NCBI RefSeq assembly: GCF_006345805.1
Contig: NC_043013.1
Coordinates: 21,514,001 to 21,578,000, forward strand
Length of the DNA stretch: 64,000 nucleotides
Reading direction: 5' to 3'
DNA from: Octopus sinensis
Lineage: Eukaryota
Program-made: the position numbers and the translations under genes
The notes under the pieces: model-generated
What the model saw: only the letters and a program-made list of their open reading frames with translations
The model's database searches: none
What the model was told of the DNA's origin: nothing
In this document: in pieces, positions 1-12,131 of the stretch
Layout: each line of letters opens with the position of its first letter
How positions within the stretch are numbered: the first letter of the stretch is position 1

Positions 1-176
1 GTGACCTGGCTTAAGATACATACATACAAAAACACCCTTGTTGTTGATGCTGAAATTCCAATGAAGGAGACTTGGATATGGGTTGGAAATCCTTTCTCTA
101 TTGGCAAGAAATCTTGAAATAAAACTGGATAATGACATCGCATGTTTGATGGGGCCGGGGTTTATTCCAAGCTGGA

Positions 177-223
<47 letters not shown>

Positions 224-295
224 GCCATCTATCCGTCTATCTGTCTGTCTACGTTCGTTTACAAATCTCGTCAGCCACATAATGGTTTAACACGA

Positions 296-530
296 AGGCG
301 GCGAGCTGGCAGAAACGTTAGCACGCCGGGCGAAATGCTCAGCAGTATTTCGTCTGTCGCTACGTTCTGAGTTCAAATTCCGCCGGGGTCGACTTTGCCT
401 TTCATCCTTTCGGGGTCGATTAAATAAGTACCAGTTACGCACTGGGGTCGATATGATCGACATAATCTGTTTGTCTTTCCTTGTTTGTCCCTTCTGTGCG
501 TTTAGCCCCTTGTGGGTAGTAACGAAATAG
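296..530 (+). mobile_element. tRNA-derived SINE, family A
   Basis: Head GGCGGCGAGCTGGCAGAAACGTTAGC with B-box-like GAGTTCAAATTCC; body recurs many times in the window. Confidence 0.85.
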
Positions 531-964
531 GTTTAATTAACACGTGTCTACTGTTTAAAGACCAAATGAAGAGGGAAATCTCTGAAGAGGACACCAGTGG
601 CTGTTAATGGTAGAGACACATAAAGTCTTGAACGGCTTAGATTTTCCACCAGTTCAAATAAAAGGTATCCTACATCTTTTTTTCTCGACCAGCTAGAAAT
701 AAGAGGCAAATTCTCTCGAATTACTCTACATCCCACAAAAAGGAATCAACAAAAAACATTGCATAACGTAGATTTGAATATTGTTAAATTATATGGTCAC
801 GGATGGAATGTCTCCTCATCCGAGGTTTCTTACAACAAAAGCCACTGTTGAACTGATCTGACCAGTTGATGTCAATCGTACGACTATTCACTTGCACAAA
901 CACGGGTTTCTCTCTGTTGGGAAAGGGTGTATAGATATACATACATACATACGTAGACGACATT

Positions 965-1260
965 CTTTCTATAGCCGTACATGGAAAGCCAAAGTCTTCG
1001 GCAATTTCCGTAAAAATGATTTTCTTTAATTTTCTGTATATATGTATGTGTTTATGTGCATGTAAGCATATGTAGGATATTTGTGTATACACATACATAC
1101 ATATACAATATTTACATACACAAATATACATAAACACATAATGCATATACAACAAAAAAATATACAAACATCAGCGATTCAGAAGAAAAAACTTTATAAA
1201 ATTTTTTCACGGAAATTGCCGAAGAAAGGCTTCCACCTTACATGTACGGCTATCGAAAGA
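965..1260. repeat. Inverted-repeat element (about 50-bp arms)
   Basis: TCTTTCTATAGCCGTACATG...CTTCGGCAATTTCCGT near 965-1017 is mirrored at 1203-1260. Confidence 0.55.
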
Positions 1261-1470
1261 TACCACTTATGTATATCACAACTGCCCAAGGCCCAGGAAC
1301 GTGAAACTCTGAGTTGCAGTCTTTCTGTGAAGTTTTGGCAGCTTTAATAAGGTATACACACGCATATGTGTGTGTGAGCGTATACGATCATATCTATCAA
1401 TATATCTATATATATGTATATACACGTATGCGAGAGGATGCACAAAGTGAACAAAAAAATATCCGGCGAA

Positions 1471-2219
1471 GTTTCGCATGTCGTAGCTCAGATTTCCGTC
1501 GATTTCCGTAAAAAACTTTTATTTTTTTACATAAGTAATGAGAGCGAAAGAGACTAAGAGGAATCGATTTTATGACGAGGGAAGTTTGTCTTTGAAGTTA
1601 CCGTCTAGGGGAAGCATTGATGTACATGTGTGTGTGTGTGTGTGTTTGATGGGGTGTGGGAGACAGTATGTTGTGTAAGTGAAGTGCTTCTGTTAGTGTG
1701 TGCGGAGAGACAGAGAGAGTAATGTGTGAAACAGAGAGATAACTGATTTTTTACTCGGTGTATGTGTATATGTATGTATGCATGTATGTGTGTGTGTGTG
1801 TATGTATCTATGTATGTGTGTGTGTGTAAGTATGTGTGTGTGTATGTATGTATGTATGTGTGTGTGTGTGTGTGTAAGTATGTGTGTGTGTATGTATGTA
1901 TGTATGTATGTGTGTGTGTGTATGTATCTATGTATGTGTGTGTGTGTATGTATGTATGTATGGCCGATTCATCGTAATTTTTTACTCGGTGTATATGTAT
2001 ATGTATGTCTGTCTCTTCGCACACTAACAGAAGCACTTCACTTACACAACATACTGTCTGTCTCCCACACCCCATCAAACACACACAGGCCGACTTCAAA
2101 GAGAAACCATCTCGTCGTAAAATCGCTTCCTCTTAGTCTCTTTCGCTCTCATTACTTATGTAAAAAAATAAAAGTTTTTTACGGAAATCGACGGAAATCT
2201 GTGCTACTACAACCGAAAC
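1471..2219. mobile_element. Fold-back / MITE-like element with about 110-bp inverted arms and internal (TG)/(TATG) microsatellite
   Basis: 1471-1579 is the near reverse complement of 2111-2219. No TSD identified. Confidence 0.6.
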
Positions 2220-2893
2220 TATGCCAAATATCCTAATATTTAGTTCGATAAATAAAAACTTGTTACCAGTTCAGATATTTTAAGAAAGTTTATTCATTCA
2301 AATTCAAAAGTGCATCGCTACTCCATTACAACCACTCCGCGTTTCCAGTTTTTTAAATAGTTTTCCATATATATATATAGACAGATGTGCATGTGTGTAT
2401 ATATATGTATAATGCATGTATATTTGTGTGTGTGTATATATGTATATAGTCCACACGTTTAGAGAGAGCACGAGGGAGAGTGAGATCTCGATAATTTTTT
2501 TTCAACCACTTCAAGTTCTTCAAAGTTTTTACTCTATTATAACTTACTTGCTAGAAAAAAAAACTGAATGCAGTATTCATCATTAGCATGCAGGAAGGTT
2601 GCATTTAACAAAAAAAGTCCGATAAAAAACTGAAAAAGTAAAATAGTAAGACATAATTCCATTACTATTATATATATTATATATCACACACATACATACA
2701 TTTGTAGCTGTACACATATACATATATACCGATACACACACACGCATATATATATAATACTTACTACTTATAAGTTGTAAGTATTAAATTAGATTAAAAT
2801 TCTTTTATATAAATGAAAAAATATATTTTTCCTCATTGAGAATAATTTGAACCCCTGTGATGCCGGAATTTTAATTCCCTAACAAATAAAAGA

Positions 2894-2940
<47 letters not shown>

Positions 2941-3186
2941 GGGTGGGAATGTATGTATGTGTGGTGTAGAATGTATGTATGCACATATATATATATATAT
3001 TATATATATATATATATATGAAATTCTCGGCTGATAAGAATAAATATGAACAAAGGTACAGTGTGTTAGAAATAGATCACCCCCCTATATTTATAGAAAC
3101 AGATCACCCCCCTATATTTATAGAAACAGACATTTTGTAAACTCACTTATTTTAGAACAATAAAAAAAGCAGAGAAGCTGTACAGA

Positions 3187-3194
3187 TTTCCCGC
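3187..3194 (+). promoter_or_regulatory. E2F site TTTCCCGC
   Basis: Exact match to the TTTSSCGC consensus. Confidence 0.55.
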
Positions 3195-3209
3195 GATTCA
3201 GCTTGGGTA

Positions 3210-3224
3210 CGGAAGTGACATCAC
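3210..3224 (+). promoter_or_regulatory. ETS-CRE-like composite CGGAAGTGACATCAC
   Basis: One mismatch from the overlapping ETS-CRE element CGGAAGTGACGTCAC. Confidence 0.5.
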
Positions 3225-3502
3225 AGGGAAAGAGGACTCACTGAGAAGCGTGGTGGCGGGGGATTGTCAACATTTTCTGTCAAGGCCCCACCTCACCTCT
3301 TAACGTATTTACCACCCTCTACTGACCTAAATATCTTTCGGGGGATAACTTGCGGTTAGCTCTAGCTAGCTCTGGCCTGAAAAGCTTTTCGCTTACACTT
3401 TTCGCTGACCCCCTCTGCTTAAAAGTGCTGGTCAAGTGAGGCGTCTGAGAAGAAACAGACCAAGCTGACAGGACAGTCGGCATATTGGGGACAGTGTTAT
3501 GT

Positions 3503-3514
3503 TTTGGCGGGAAA
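3503..3514 (-). promoter_or_regulatory. Extended E2F site TTTGGCGGGAAA (TTTCCCGCCAAA on minus)
   Basis: Classic two-sided E2F element, upstream of a cell-cycle kinase. Confidence 0.6.
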
Positions 3515-3940
3515 TCCCCGTCTCTGCTTGCCTTACCCTACCTCCACCCCGAGGGTAGCCACACATTGCTTCTGTTCTCTTTATCTTGGGCCTTACGTGT
3601 ATTTTTATGTATTTACTTCTAAATGCATGTCTTTCCTACACATACAGCCATGTGTGACCTTTTATAAACTTTTAGATTTATAGAATCTCAGCATTTTCAT
3701 GAGCATGCTTCTGTGACAGGCAAAAGTATATATTTACCTAGAACTTTCTGCTTTATATATGCACACACACACAGTTGTGTGTGTATGTATATATGCTTTA
3801 TAAATACACATACACATATGCATAACTTTACGTATTTTAGTCCCTCACACATACACAGCTACATTCACACAGATACACACATATATCTATAAACACATAT
3901 CTTTGATTAAATACTCTAATCTATACAACCGTCTTACAAG

Positions 3941-4056
3941 ATGGATAATTTCCAGAAAGTGGAAAAGATTGGGGAAGGAACTTATGGTGTTGTTTATAAA
4001 GCACGGGACAAGATTACTGGACAGTTTGTAGCTTTGAAGAAGATCAGGCTCGATGC
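3941..4056 (+). CDS. CDK2: CDK2 coding exon 1 (116 nt)
   Basis: ATG at 3941 reads [38 protein letters not shown] (Gly-rich loop with T14/Y15, catalytic K33). Donor GC|GTGAGT at 4057. Confidence 0.96.
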
Positions 4057-4163
4057 GTGAGTATACAGCTTTATTATACACACAAACACGTATGCATATA
4101 TACATTCTACACACAAACACGTATGCATATATACATTCTACACACACACATACATTCCCACCC

Positions 4164-4200
<37 letters not shown>

Positions 4201-4339
4201 CGAGGTCGATTTTGTCTTTCATACTTTCCGGGACAATAAAGTACCAGTTTCACACTGGGGTCGATGTAATCGATTTAATCCCTTTGTCTGTCCTTGTTTG
4301 TCCCCTCTGTGTTTAGCCCCATGTGGGTAGTAAAGAAAT
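4201..4339 (+). mobile_element. SINE family A, 3' half
   Basis: Matches the 3' part of 296-530; follows a (TA)n tract. Confidence 0.8.
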
Positions 4340-7257
4340 ATATATATATATATATATAATGTGTGTGTGTTTCTACATGTTAAAATTCTTTGATTTAAAG
4401 GACCACAAAATATATTAGAATATTTCATATTTTCGCATACAAAGCAACGGAGTCTGGAGGTGGTCGAACAGCCTGCTAGAAATAGTTGCGAAATTAGTGC
4501 TCCTCTAAGTCCCGTACCTTATGAAGAAGAAAAAGTGTACAGAAGTGGGGGTGACACAAAAGTGTAAAATATTGAAAAATTGTATCAGAATCGTGATTTC
4601 CCGTTTGTATGAAACACAGGAATACAATAAAAAAGAGAAAAAAGTAATGAAGGCCAAAACTTTTTCTCTCTTTTCTCATGCGGTTTAGGATTTTGGACGG
4701 AGAGCTGTTGCAAACTTTCGTCCTGTTTTAAAGGGAAGGAGACATGAAATAAAGTTTGTTTTAGATATTACAGTATCTGAAATAAAAAAAGTGGTTTGTG
4801 ACTGGAGAATGATTTTGTTCATGGGTCTTGCTCAATGTTTGCACATAAGTACATCACACACACACACACACACACATGCCCCCCCCCTATATTTATACAC
4901 ATGCATGCATGTATATGTGTATGTATGTATATGTGTATGTATGTATATGTGTATGTATGTATGTGTGTATGTATATGTGTGTATATAAGTATCTATGTAT
5001 ATATGTATGTATCTATGTATGTGTAGCTATGTATGTGTATGCATGTATAAGTGTACGCATGTATATGTGTATAAATATGTATGTATGTATATGTGTACGC
5101 ATGTATATATGTATATATATGTATGTATGTATATATATGTATGTATGTATATATATGTATGTATATATGTATATATATATATGTATATGTATGTATGTAT
5201 ATATATATGTATGTATGTATGTATATATATATGTATGTATATATGTATATATATATATGTATATGTATGTGTGTATATATATATATATGGTAAGACGTGA
5301 TACATTCCCTTACAATGAACCGTTCTTTCAATAGAATCTTTCGGAAGACACCATGCTGAAAAAGAGAAAAAAACAACTCCTCTCATAATTAAAACATTCC
5401 TAAGTATTTGCAGCCAATTACCTTAAGGGTTAATGGTTCTATTCCCGCCTGCTACTGTTATTCTCTTCTGTTTTCTTCACATAACCAAATGGAGGTATTA
5501 AATCTTGAATCAACTCTATAATGAATGATCCAAGGCATTCCAGCCTTAGCTTATTGGTTTTCATTGCGACATTGTCTAATAATAATGCAGATTCGTATCT
5601 CTTCCCTTAAAAGAAATTCATTTTTCTGAAAAGTTTATTCGGATTCCTTAGGTTTTACGGGGCTAATTGCAGTTTCGCAACTCTCCTTGAAAAATGCATT
5701 TTTTGGAAAAATTTTTATTCCAGATTCCTGTGTTTTAGATGTCAGAGATGCAAAAAAAATTTAATCATACCCCCCCCCAATTAAATTTTGTTTACTTTAA
5801 AGAGATTTTAGAGAATTGACGAACATGTGCAAATCGAAATTAAATACAGACAAAAATATGAAAGTGAAAAAGGTTTTACATGTGGGAGATTACGAATATT
5901 CCAAAAAAAAACAAAAAACCAATTCAACAGATTGCTTGGAGTTGCCTGCATGGTGTATTATTCCACGTTGTTCCCCCTTCAACGTTGCAATCTACGAGAC
6001 AATGAAACCTATGATTTGAGGGAGACTTGCTGCTGTTTCTAGCAGGTTGGTGACATATAGACTCCTTTCGCTCATGTGAGTGATTTGGTTGTTATTTCTA
6101 AAGGCTCAACCAACGACCACGTAATCTCCCTGAGTTCGTGAGGGGGAATGGATGTAACTTCTATTTCGAGCATGTCAAACATGGAGAAGCTGTGTCATGG
6201 ATGACTTACTCAATGAATTACTAGTTTCTTTAGTCATCATGACCAATAATAGGTCTCCGGCGTTTGCTGTCGACCCAGTTCCAGTTACAAGGCTTGGGCT
6301 GCCCTAAGTATTGTAGAAGACATGTCTCCAGGTAGTAGGGTCGAACCTGGGACCTTTTGCTTTTGTCGTTTCATCATACACAGGAATCTCATTCTATACT
6401 CCATATTATTGTTGTTGCATTGATTGCTAATGTCACTCTACATCAAAGTGATTGCTAACGCTTAATCCATGATACCTAATGTTAACTTTGGTTGCTAACG
6501 CCCAGACAACCTTGGTTCATGGGTACTTTTTGGTTAATTCACCCCCATTAAAAAATTGGGTTATCTCCACCGACTAAAAAAAAAAATTGCTCAACCCTCA
6601 ATAAAACAAAAGAAAAAAAGAAATGAAAAATTAATAAACATGCCCGTCACTTAGCGGAAATGAAAAATTTATAAACATCCCCGTCACTTAGCGGTTCGGC
6701 AAAAGAGACCGATAGAATAAGTACTGGGCTTACAAAGAATAAGTCCCAGGTCGATGTGCTCGACTAAAAGTCGGTGCTCCAGCATGGCCACAGTCAAATG
6801 ACTGAAACAAGTAAAAGAGTAAAAGAGAGTATGCAAAGTGAAAAGATATTTTTATAACAAATCCTTCAAAACTGGAAAAATTGATAAATATGAAAACTAA
6901 AAAAATTAAACGTCCTTTTGAATCTAATAACATCTTTATAACAGATCGTACCCTGCCTGTTGAGGAGGCCAATCTCTTGTCGCCACATAAAACTCAACTT
7001 TTTAGTGGGGAGATAACCCAATTTTTTAATGGGGTTGAGGTAACCAAAAAAGTACCATTTAATGTTAGCATATGCTAATGGGAGAATTTCTGTACGATCA
7101 TTCGATATTCTAAGAATGGCCAGGAAATTCCCCTCTAAATCATACTCTGCTTTTTTATAAAAGAGGCGACATTGATAGTGTGGATCTAGGGTGCACTATC
7201 AGAATGAAAATAAATGGTTACAGTAAAGACGATCTAATGAAGGTGCTTCTGTCATCA

Positions 7258-7945
7258 TTATCATCATCATTTAACGTCCGCTTTCCATGCTAGCATGGGT
7301 TGGACGATTTTGACTGAGGGCTGACGAACCAGACGGCCACACCAGGCTCCAATCTTGCTCTGGCAGAATTTCTACAGCTGGATGCCCTTCCTAACGCCAA
7401 CCACTCCGAGAGTGTAGCGGCTGCTTTTTATGTGCCACCGGCACGGGAGCCAATCAGGCGGTACTGGCAATGACCTCGCTTGAATCTTTTTACACAGGCC
7501 ACCGGCACGTGTGCCAGTAATGCGACGTTGGTAACACACACTCGAATGGTGCCCTTTTTAACGTGCCACCGGCACGGAAGCCAGTTGGCTGCTCTGGCAA
7601 CGATCATGCTCGGATGGTACTCTTGGCACCCTACTAGCATGGACACAAGTGCCAGTAAGGCGATACTGGTAACGATCACGCTTGAATGGTGCCCTTTTAC
7701 GTGTCACTGGCACGGAAGCCAGTTGGCTGCTCTGGCAACGATCATGCTCGGATGGTACTCTTGGCACCCTACTAGCACGGGCACAAGTGCCAGTAAGGCG
7801 ACACTGGTAACGATCATGCTCAAATGGTGCCCTTTTATGTGCCACTGGCACGGAAGCCGGTTAGCCGCTCTATCAACGATCACACTTGTATGGTGCTCTT
7901 TGCACCCCGCTAGCACGGATGCCAGTCATCGAATTTGATTTCGAT
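7258..7945 (-). mobile_element. RTE-LINE 3'-end repeat (family C) with 138-bp internal tandem modules
   Basis: (CAT)n tail plus CATTTAACGTCCGCTTTCCATGCTAGCATGGG end and GGATGCCCTTCCTAACGCCAAC core; CACGGAAGCC recurs at 7573, 7711, 7849. Confidence 0.75.
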
Positions 7946-8029
7946 TTCATTTGCCTCAACTGGTCTTTGCAAGCAGAGTTTAGTGACCAAAGAAGGAAAA
8001 AGAAAGCATAAGCGGACTGGTTACGCTCC

Positions 8030-8715
8030 TGGCATAGAGTATTGCAAGAAGACAGCATACGATGATTTCATGGAATATGGCCAAATGAGATTTATTTTTC
8101 AACAGTCCTCCTTGCGGTCCACACGCTTCTATCAGTATTGCACTGCTGTCATCCTGTTGGTCAAAAAAGTAATCAACCGCCGATATGACATCATCACTGC
8201 AATACTGGTTCCATATTGGGCAACAGATAGTAGTCAGGTAAGGGAAAATCAACCAGTTCAAAGTCATGCATAGCATCCATTGAAACCAAGGACTTATATG
8301 CCAGAGCATTCTTCTTTGAAGCAAAATCTCTTGCGTCAGTTTTCCTGGGTGTTTGGTCTCGATAACCTTTCATAACTAGTTGGCTTAGTACTCTCCATTG
8401 ATGGTGTGGTCCTTTTAAAGGTAGTCAATTAGCACAATGCCTTTTGCATCCCCCCCCCAAAAATAACTGAGACCATTACCTTCTCTACAGTTGAAACGTC
8501 CTTGACCTTCTTTGGAACAGGTAAGGAAGGGTGTTTCTACTGCATGTATTGTCTCTGGCTCAAAATGGTGAACTCAATACTCATCGTGGATTAGGAAATG
8601 TTGAAGGAAACCAGATGGATCTGCTTTAAACAATGTCAGATTTACCCCATGATGTAATCAGCCTGGTGTTAGAAGACATGGCAGCAACTGACCAGAAACC
8701 TTCGTCATGCTAAAT
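8030..8715 (-). mobile_element. Decayed mariner transposase remnant
   Basis: Minus-strand pieces such as HDEY*VHHFEPET, PVPKKVK, KVMVSV, DAKGIVLIDYL*KDHTINGEY and DDVISAVDYFFDQQD resemble mariner transposase; many stops and frameshifts. Confidence 0.75.
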
Positions 8716-8721
8716 TCATTG

Positions 8722-9092
8722 TGCAGGAGTGGCTGTGTGGTAAGTAGCTTGCTTACCAACCACATGGTTCCGGGTTCAGTCCCACTGCTTGGCACCTTGG
8801 GTGAGTGTCTTCTACTATAGACTCAGACTGACCAAAGCCTTATGAGTGGATTTGGTAGATAGAAACTGAAAGAAGCCCATCGTATATATGTATTTGTGTA
8901 TGTGTGTGTGTGTTTGTTCCCCCAACATTGCTTGACAACCGATGCTAGTGTGTTTACGTAACCGTAACTTAGCGGTTCGTCAAAAGAGACATATAGAATA
9001 AGTACTAGGCTTACAAAGAATAAGTCCTGAGCTCGATTTGCTCGACTAAAGGCGGTGCTCCAGCATGGCTGCAGTCAAATGACTGAAACAAG
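8722..9092 (+). mobile_element. tRNA-derived SINE, family B (full length)
   Basis: Head GGAGTGGCTGTGTGGTAAGTAGCTTGC...GGGTTCAGTCCCACTGC, central (TA)/(TG) tract, tail CAGTCAAATGACTGAAACAAGTA. Confidence 0.85.
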
Positions 9093-9413
9093 TATGCTAA
9101 TAGCATTGGGTGTTTGATTTCTAGTCAGTTGCCTGCCATCCATCACCATGTTGTGAACTCAGTCCAAGTTTTCTTTAACAGTAGCAGTTACAGGATGTCC
9201 AGGCATTCGGGTGATCTTCAAGACTCTCCATTTCCCGCCTTAATTCATCATCATTATTTAACATCTGCTTTCCATGCTAGCATGGGTTGGACGATTTTGA
9301 CTGAGGGCTGGCGAACCAGATGGCTGCACCAGGCTCCAATTTTGATCTGGCAGAGGTTCTACAGCTTGATGCCCTTCCTAACGCCAACCACTCCAAAAAG
9401 TGGCACATTTATA

Positions 9414-10261
9414 CAGGGTGTGATGGGTAAATTGTCACAGTTTTATATTTTTAATGCACATTGTTTGTTTTTGATTTTGTATTCTATACAGTATAGTAGG
9501 GTCGGTTGGGCACTGTCTCTGAGAAAAACAGCACCATGACACTATTCACTCTGCCAGAAATTTGGAAATGACATGCAGTACTGCTTGGCATTCACACTGG
9601 AAGTTCCAATATTAACATTTCTGAGTGTTTGGGTGTCAATCTGAGGACATGTACCGAGAGTGATAAAAATCAATCGTTCAGTCCACATCCTGGTGTTTGG
9701 AGTGATCACTAGTGATGGTGACGTTATGCCTTCATTCATCTTCCCACATGGCCTCAGACTCAACATGGAGGCCTACATCAAGTGCCTGGAGGAGGTAATG
9801 CTTCCCTGGGTCAAGAGGGTGGCTGCTGGATGACCCTGTATCTGGCAACAGGACTCAGCACCATACCACAGAAGCAGGAGAACTCGGTCATGGCTGTCAA
9901 ACAATTTCCGCGACCACATCACCCCTAACTTCTGGCCATCTAACTCCCCAGACAGCAACTTGCTTGATTATTATGTGTGGAGTGCATTTGAGTGAGAGAC
10001 CAATAAAACTTCTTGTAACATCAAAGATGAACTGAAAGTAAGGATTATGGCAGCATTCACCAACTTAAACATGGAGACCGTCCAGAAGATTCCTGAGTTG
10101 CCTGGAGGCCGTTGTTGAAGCCAGTGACGATTTTTATTGAATAAATTTACTCTTTAGTATTTCAAGATACTTTTGTGTAATTTTAGTAAATATATCTTAA
10201 AATGAGATGTCTCTTAATTTCATTTTTGTGAAATTTAGGTGAGTTTATTCACCACACCCTG
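9414..10261 (+). mobile_element. Internally deleted maT (DD37D) Tc1/mariner-superfamily transposon
   Basis: TA|CAGGGTGTG ... CACACCCTG ends; frame from 9681 reads WQQDSAPYH...WPSNSPDSNLLDYYVW with exactly 37 residues between D (9852) and D (9966); two in-frame TGA stops. Confidence 0.85.
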
Positions 10262-10382
10262 TGTATGTATGTATGTGTGTGTGTGTATACATACATACAT
10301 ACAGACACAGGAATGGGTGTGTGGTAAGAAGCTTGGGCAAGTGGATTTGGTAGATGGAAACTGAGAGAAGCCTATCATATAT

Positions 10383-10835
10383 CATCATCATCGTTTAACG
10401 TCCGCTTTCTATGCTAGCATGGGTTGGTCGATTTGACTGAAGATTGGCAAACCAGATGGCTGCACCAGGCTCCAATCTGATCTGGCAGAGTTTCTACAGT
10501 TGGATGCCCTTCCTAACGCCAACCACTCCGAAAGTGTAGTGGGTACTTTTACATGCCACCGGCATGAGGGCCAGTCAGAGGGTACTGGCAACGAGCATGC
10601 TCAAATGTTGTTTTTTACGTGCCAGCTGCACAGGAGGCAGTCCAGCGGCACTGGCAACGACCTCGGTCGAATGTTTTTTCACGTGCAGCCGGCACAAGTG
10701 CCAGTAAGGCAATGCTGGTAACGGTCACGCTTGAATGGTGTTATTTACGTGCCACCTGCACGGAAGCCAGTTAGCTGCTCTGGCAACGATCACGCTCAGA
10801 TGGTGCTCTTAGTGCTCCACTAGCATGGATGCCAG
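10383..10835 (-). mobile_element. Family C RTE 3' end inserted into a family B SINE
   Basis: SINE B head at about 10305-10380 and tail at 10838-10977 flank the C copy. Confidence 0.7.
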
Positions 10836-11112
10836 TCATGCTGATGTGTTTACCTCACCGTAACTTAGCGGTTCAGCAAAAGATACCGATAGAATAAGTA
10901 CTAGGCTTACAAAGAATAAGTCCTGGTGGCGATTTGCTCGATTAAAGGCGGTGCTCCAGTCAAATGACTGAAACAAGTATGCTAATAGCATTGGGTGTTT
11001 GATTTCTAGTCTGTAACTTAGTGGTTCGACAAAAGAGACCAATGGAATAAGTACTAGGCTCGACTGCAGGTGCTGCTCCAGCATAGTCACAGTCAAATTA
11101 CTGAAACAAGTA

Positions 11113-11144
<32 letters not shown>

Positions 11145-11148
<4 letters not shown>

Positions 11149-11483
11149 GTAGCTTGCTAACCAACCACATGGTTCTGGGTTCAGTCCTACTGCGTGGCAT
11201 CTTGGGCAAGTGTGTTCTGCTATAGCCCCACGCTGACCAATGCCTTGTGAGTGGATTTGGTAGACGGAACTGAAAGAAGCCTGTCGTATATATGTATATA
11301 TATATATACATGTATGTGTGTCTGTGTTTGTCCCCCTAGCATTGCTTGACAACCGATGCTGGTGTGTTTACGTCCCCGTCACTTAGCGGTTCGGCAAAAG
11401 AATAAGTCCCGGGGTCAATTTGCTCGACTAAAGGTGGTGCTCCAGCATGGCCGCAGTCAAATGACTGAAACAAGTAAAAGAGT
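11145..11483 (+). mobile_element. SINE family B
   Basis: Colinear with 8722-9092. Confidence 0.85.
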
Positions 11484-11533
11484 AATATATATATATAATG
11501 TTTTATATATATGTTAGCATGCCTATATATATA

Positions 11534-11766
11534 TATTTCTTTATTGCCCACAAGGGGCTAAACATAGAGGGGACAAACAAGAACAGACAAAGGGATAAAG
11601 TCGATTACATTGACCCCAGTGCGAAACTGGTATTCTATTTATCGACCCCGAAAGGATGAAAGGCAAAGTCGACCTCGGCGGAATTTGAACTCAGAACGTA
11701 ACGGCAGACGAAATACGGCTACGCATTTAGCCCGGTGTACTAACGTTTCTGCCAGCTCGCCGCCTT
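11534..11766 (-). mobile_element. SINE family A
   Basis: Reverse complement of 296-530. Confidence 0.85.
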
Positions 11767-12131
11767 ATGCCTATAGGCATGCTAGCATGTTCATGCACAC
11801 ACACTCCCTCCCCCTCTCTCTCTCCTCCCTCTCTTTCACAGAGAGGAAGAGGAAATATCACTCTCAGTCCTACTATGGTGACTGACTTCTTTTAGAAGGT
11901 GGTTAGAAGGAATGAGCAGCTGACCTGAAGCTGAGGGTGATATGCCTGTTGTTTTCTTATATGTAGGTCATTGATAACACCACCACCACCTGTTCTCATT
12001 TTACTTGTTCACTTGTGTGTTCTGTATACATGTGTATATACACTTTATGTACACTTGACTGTCTAGTTGAGATTCTGTTCACCATGGGGCCATCATTAAT
12101 CTAAGGAAGTAGAAACAGACAAAAAAAATTT

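Larger units (their letters stand above)
3170..3560 (+). promoter_or_regulatory. Putative CDK2 promoter / non-coding first exon
   Basis: Unique, locally GC/CpG-richer island 400-750 bp upstream of the ATG, carrying E2F and ETS/CRE-like motifs. TSS cannot be located from sequence. Confidence 0.6.

Noticed and set aside
1605-5386. Long ORFs rich in Y/I/H/T/C/V/M here and at 22134-22618, 42059-43323, 56279-57434, 59210-59551
   Set aside because: Translations of (TA)n, (CA)n, (TATG)n and (TATC)n microsatellites; no coding signal.
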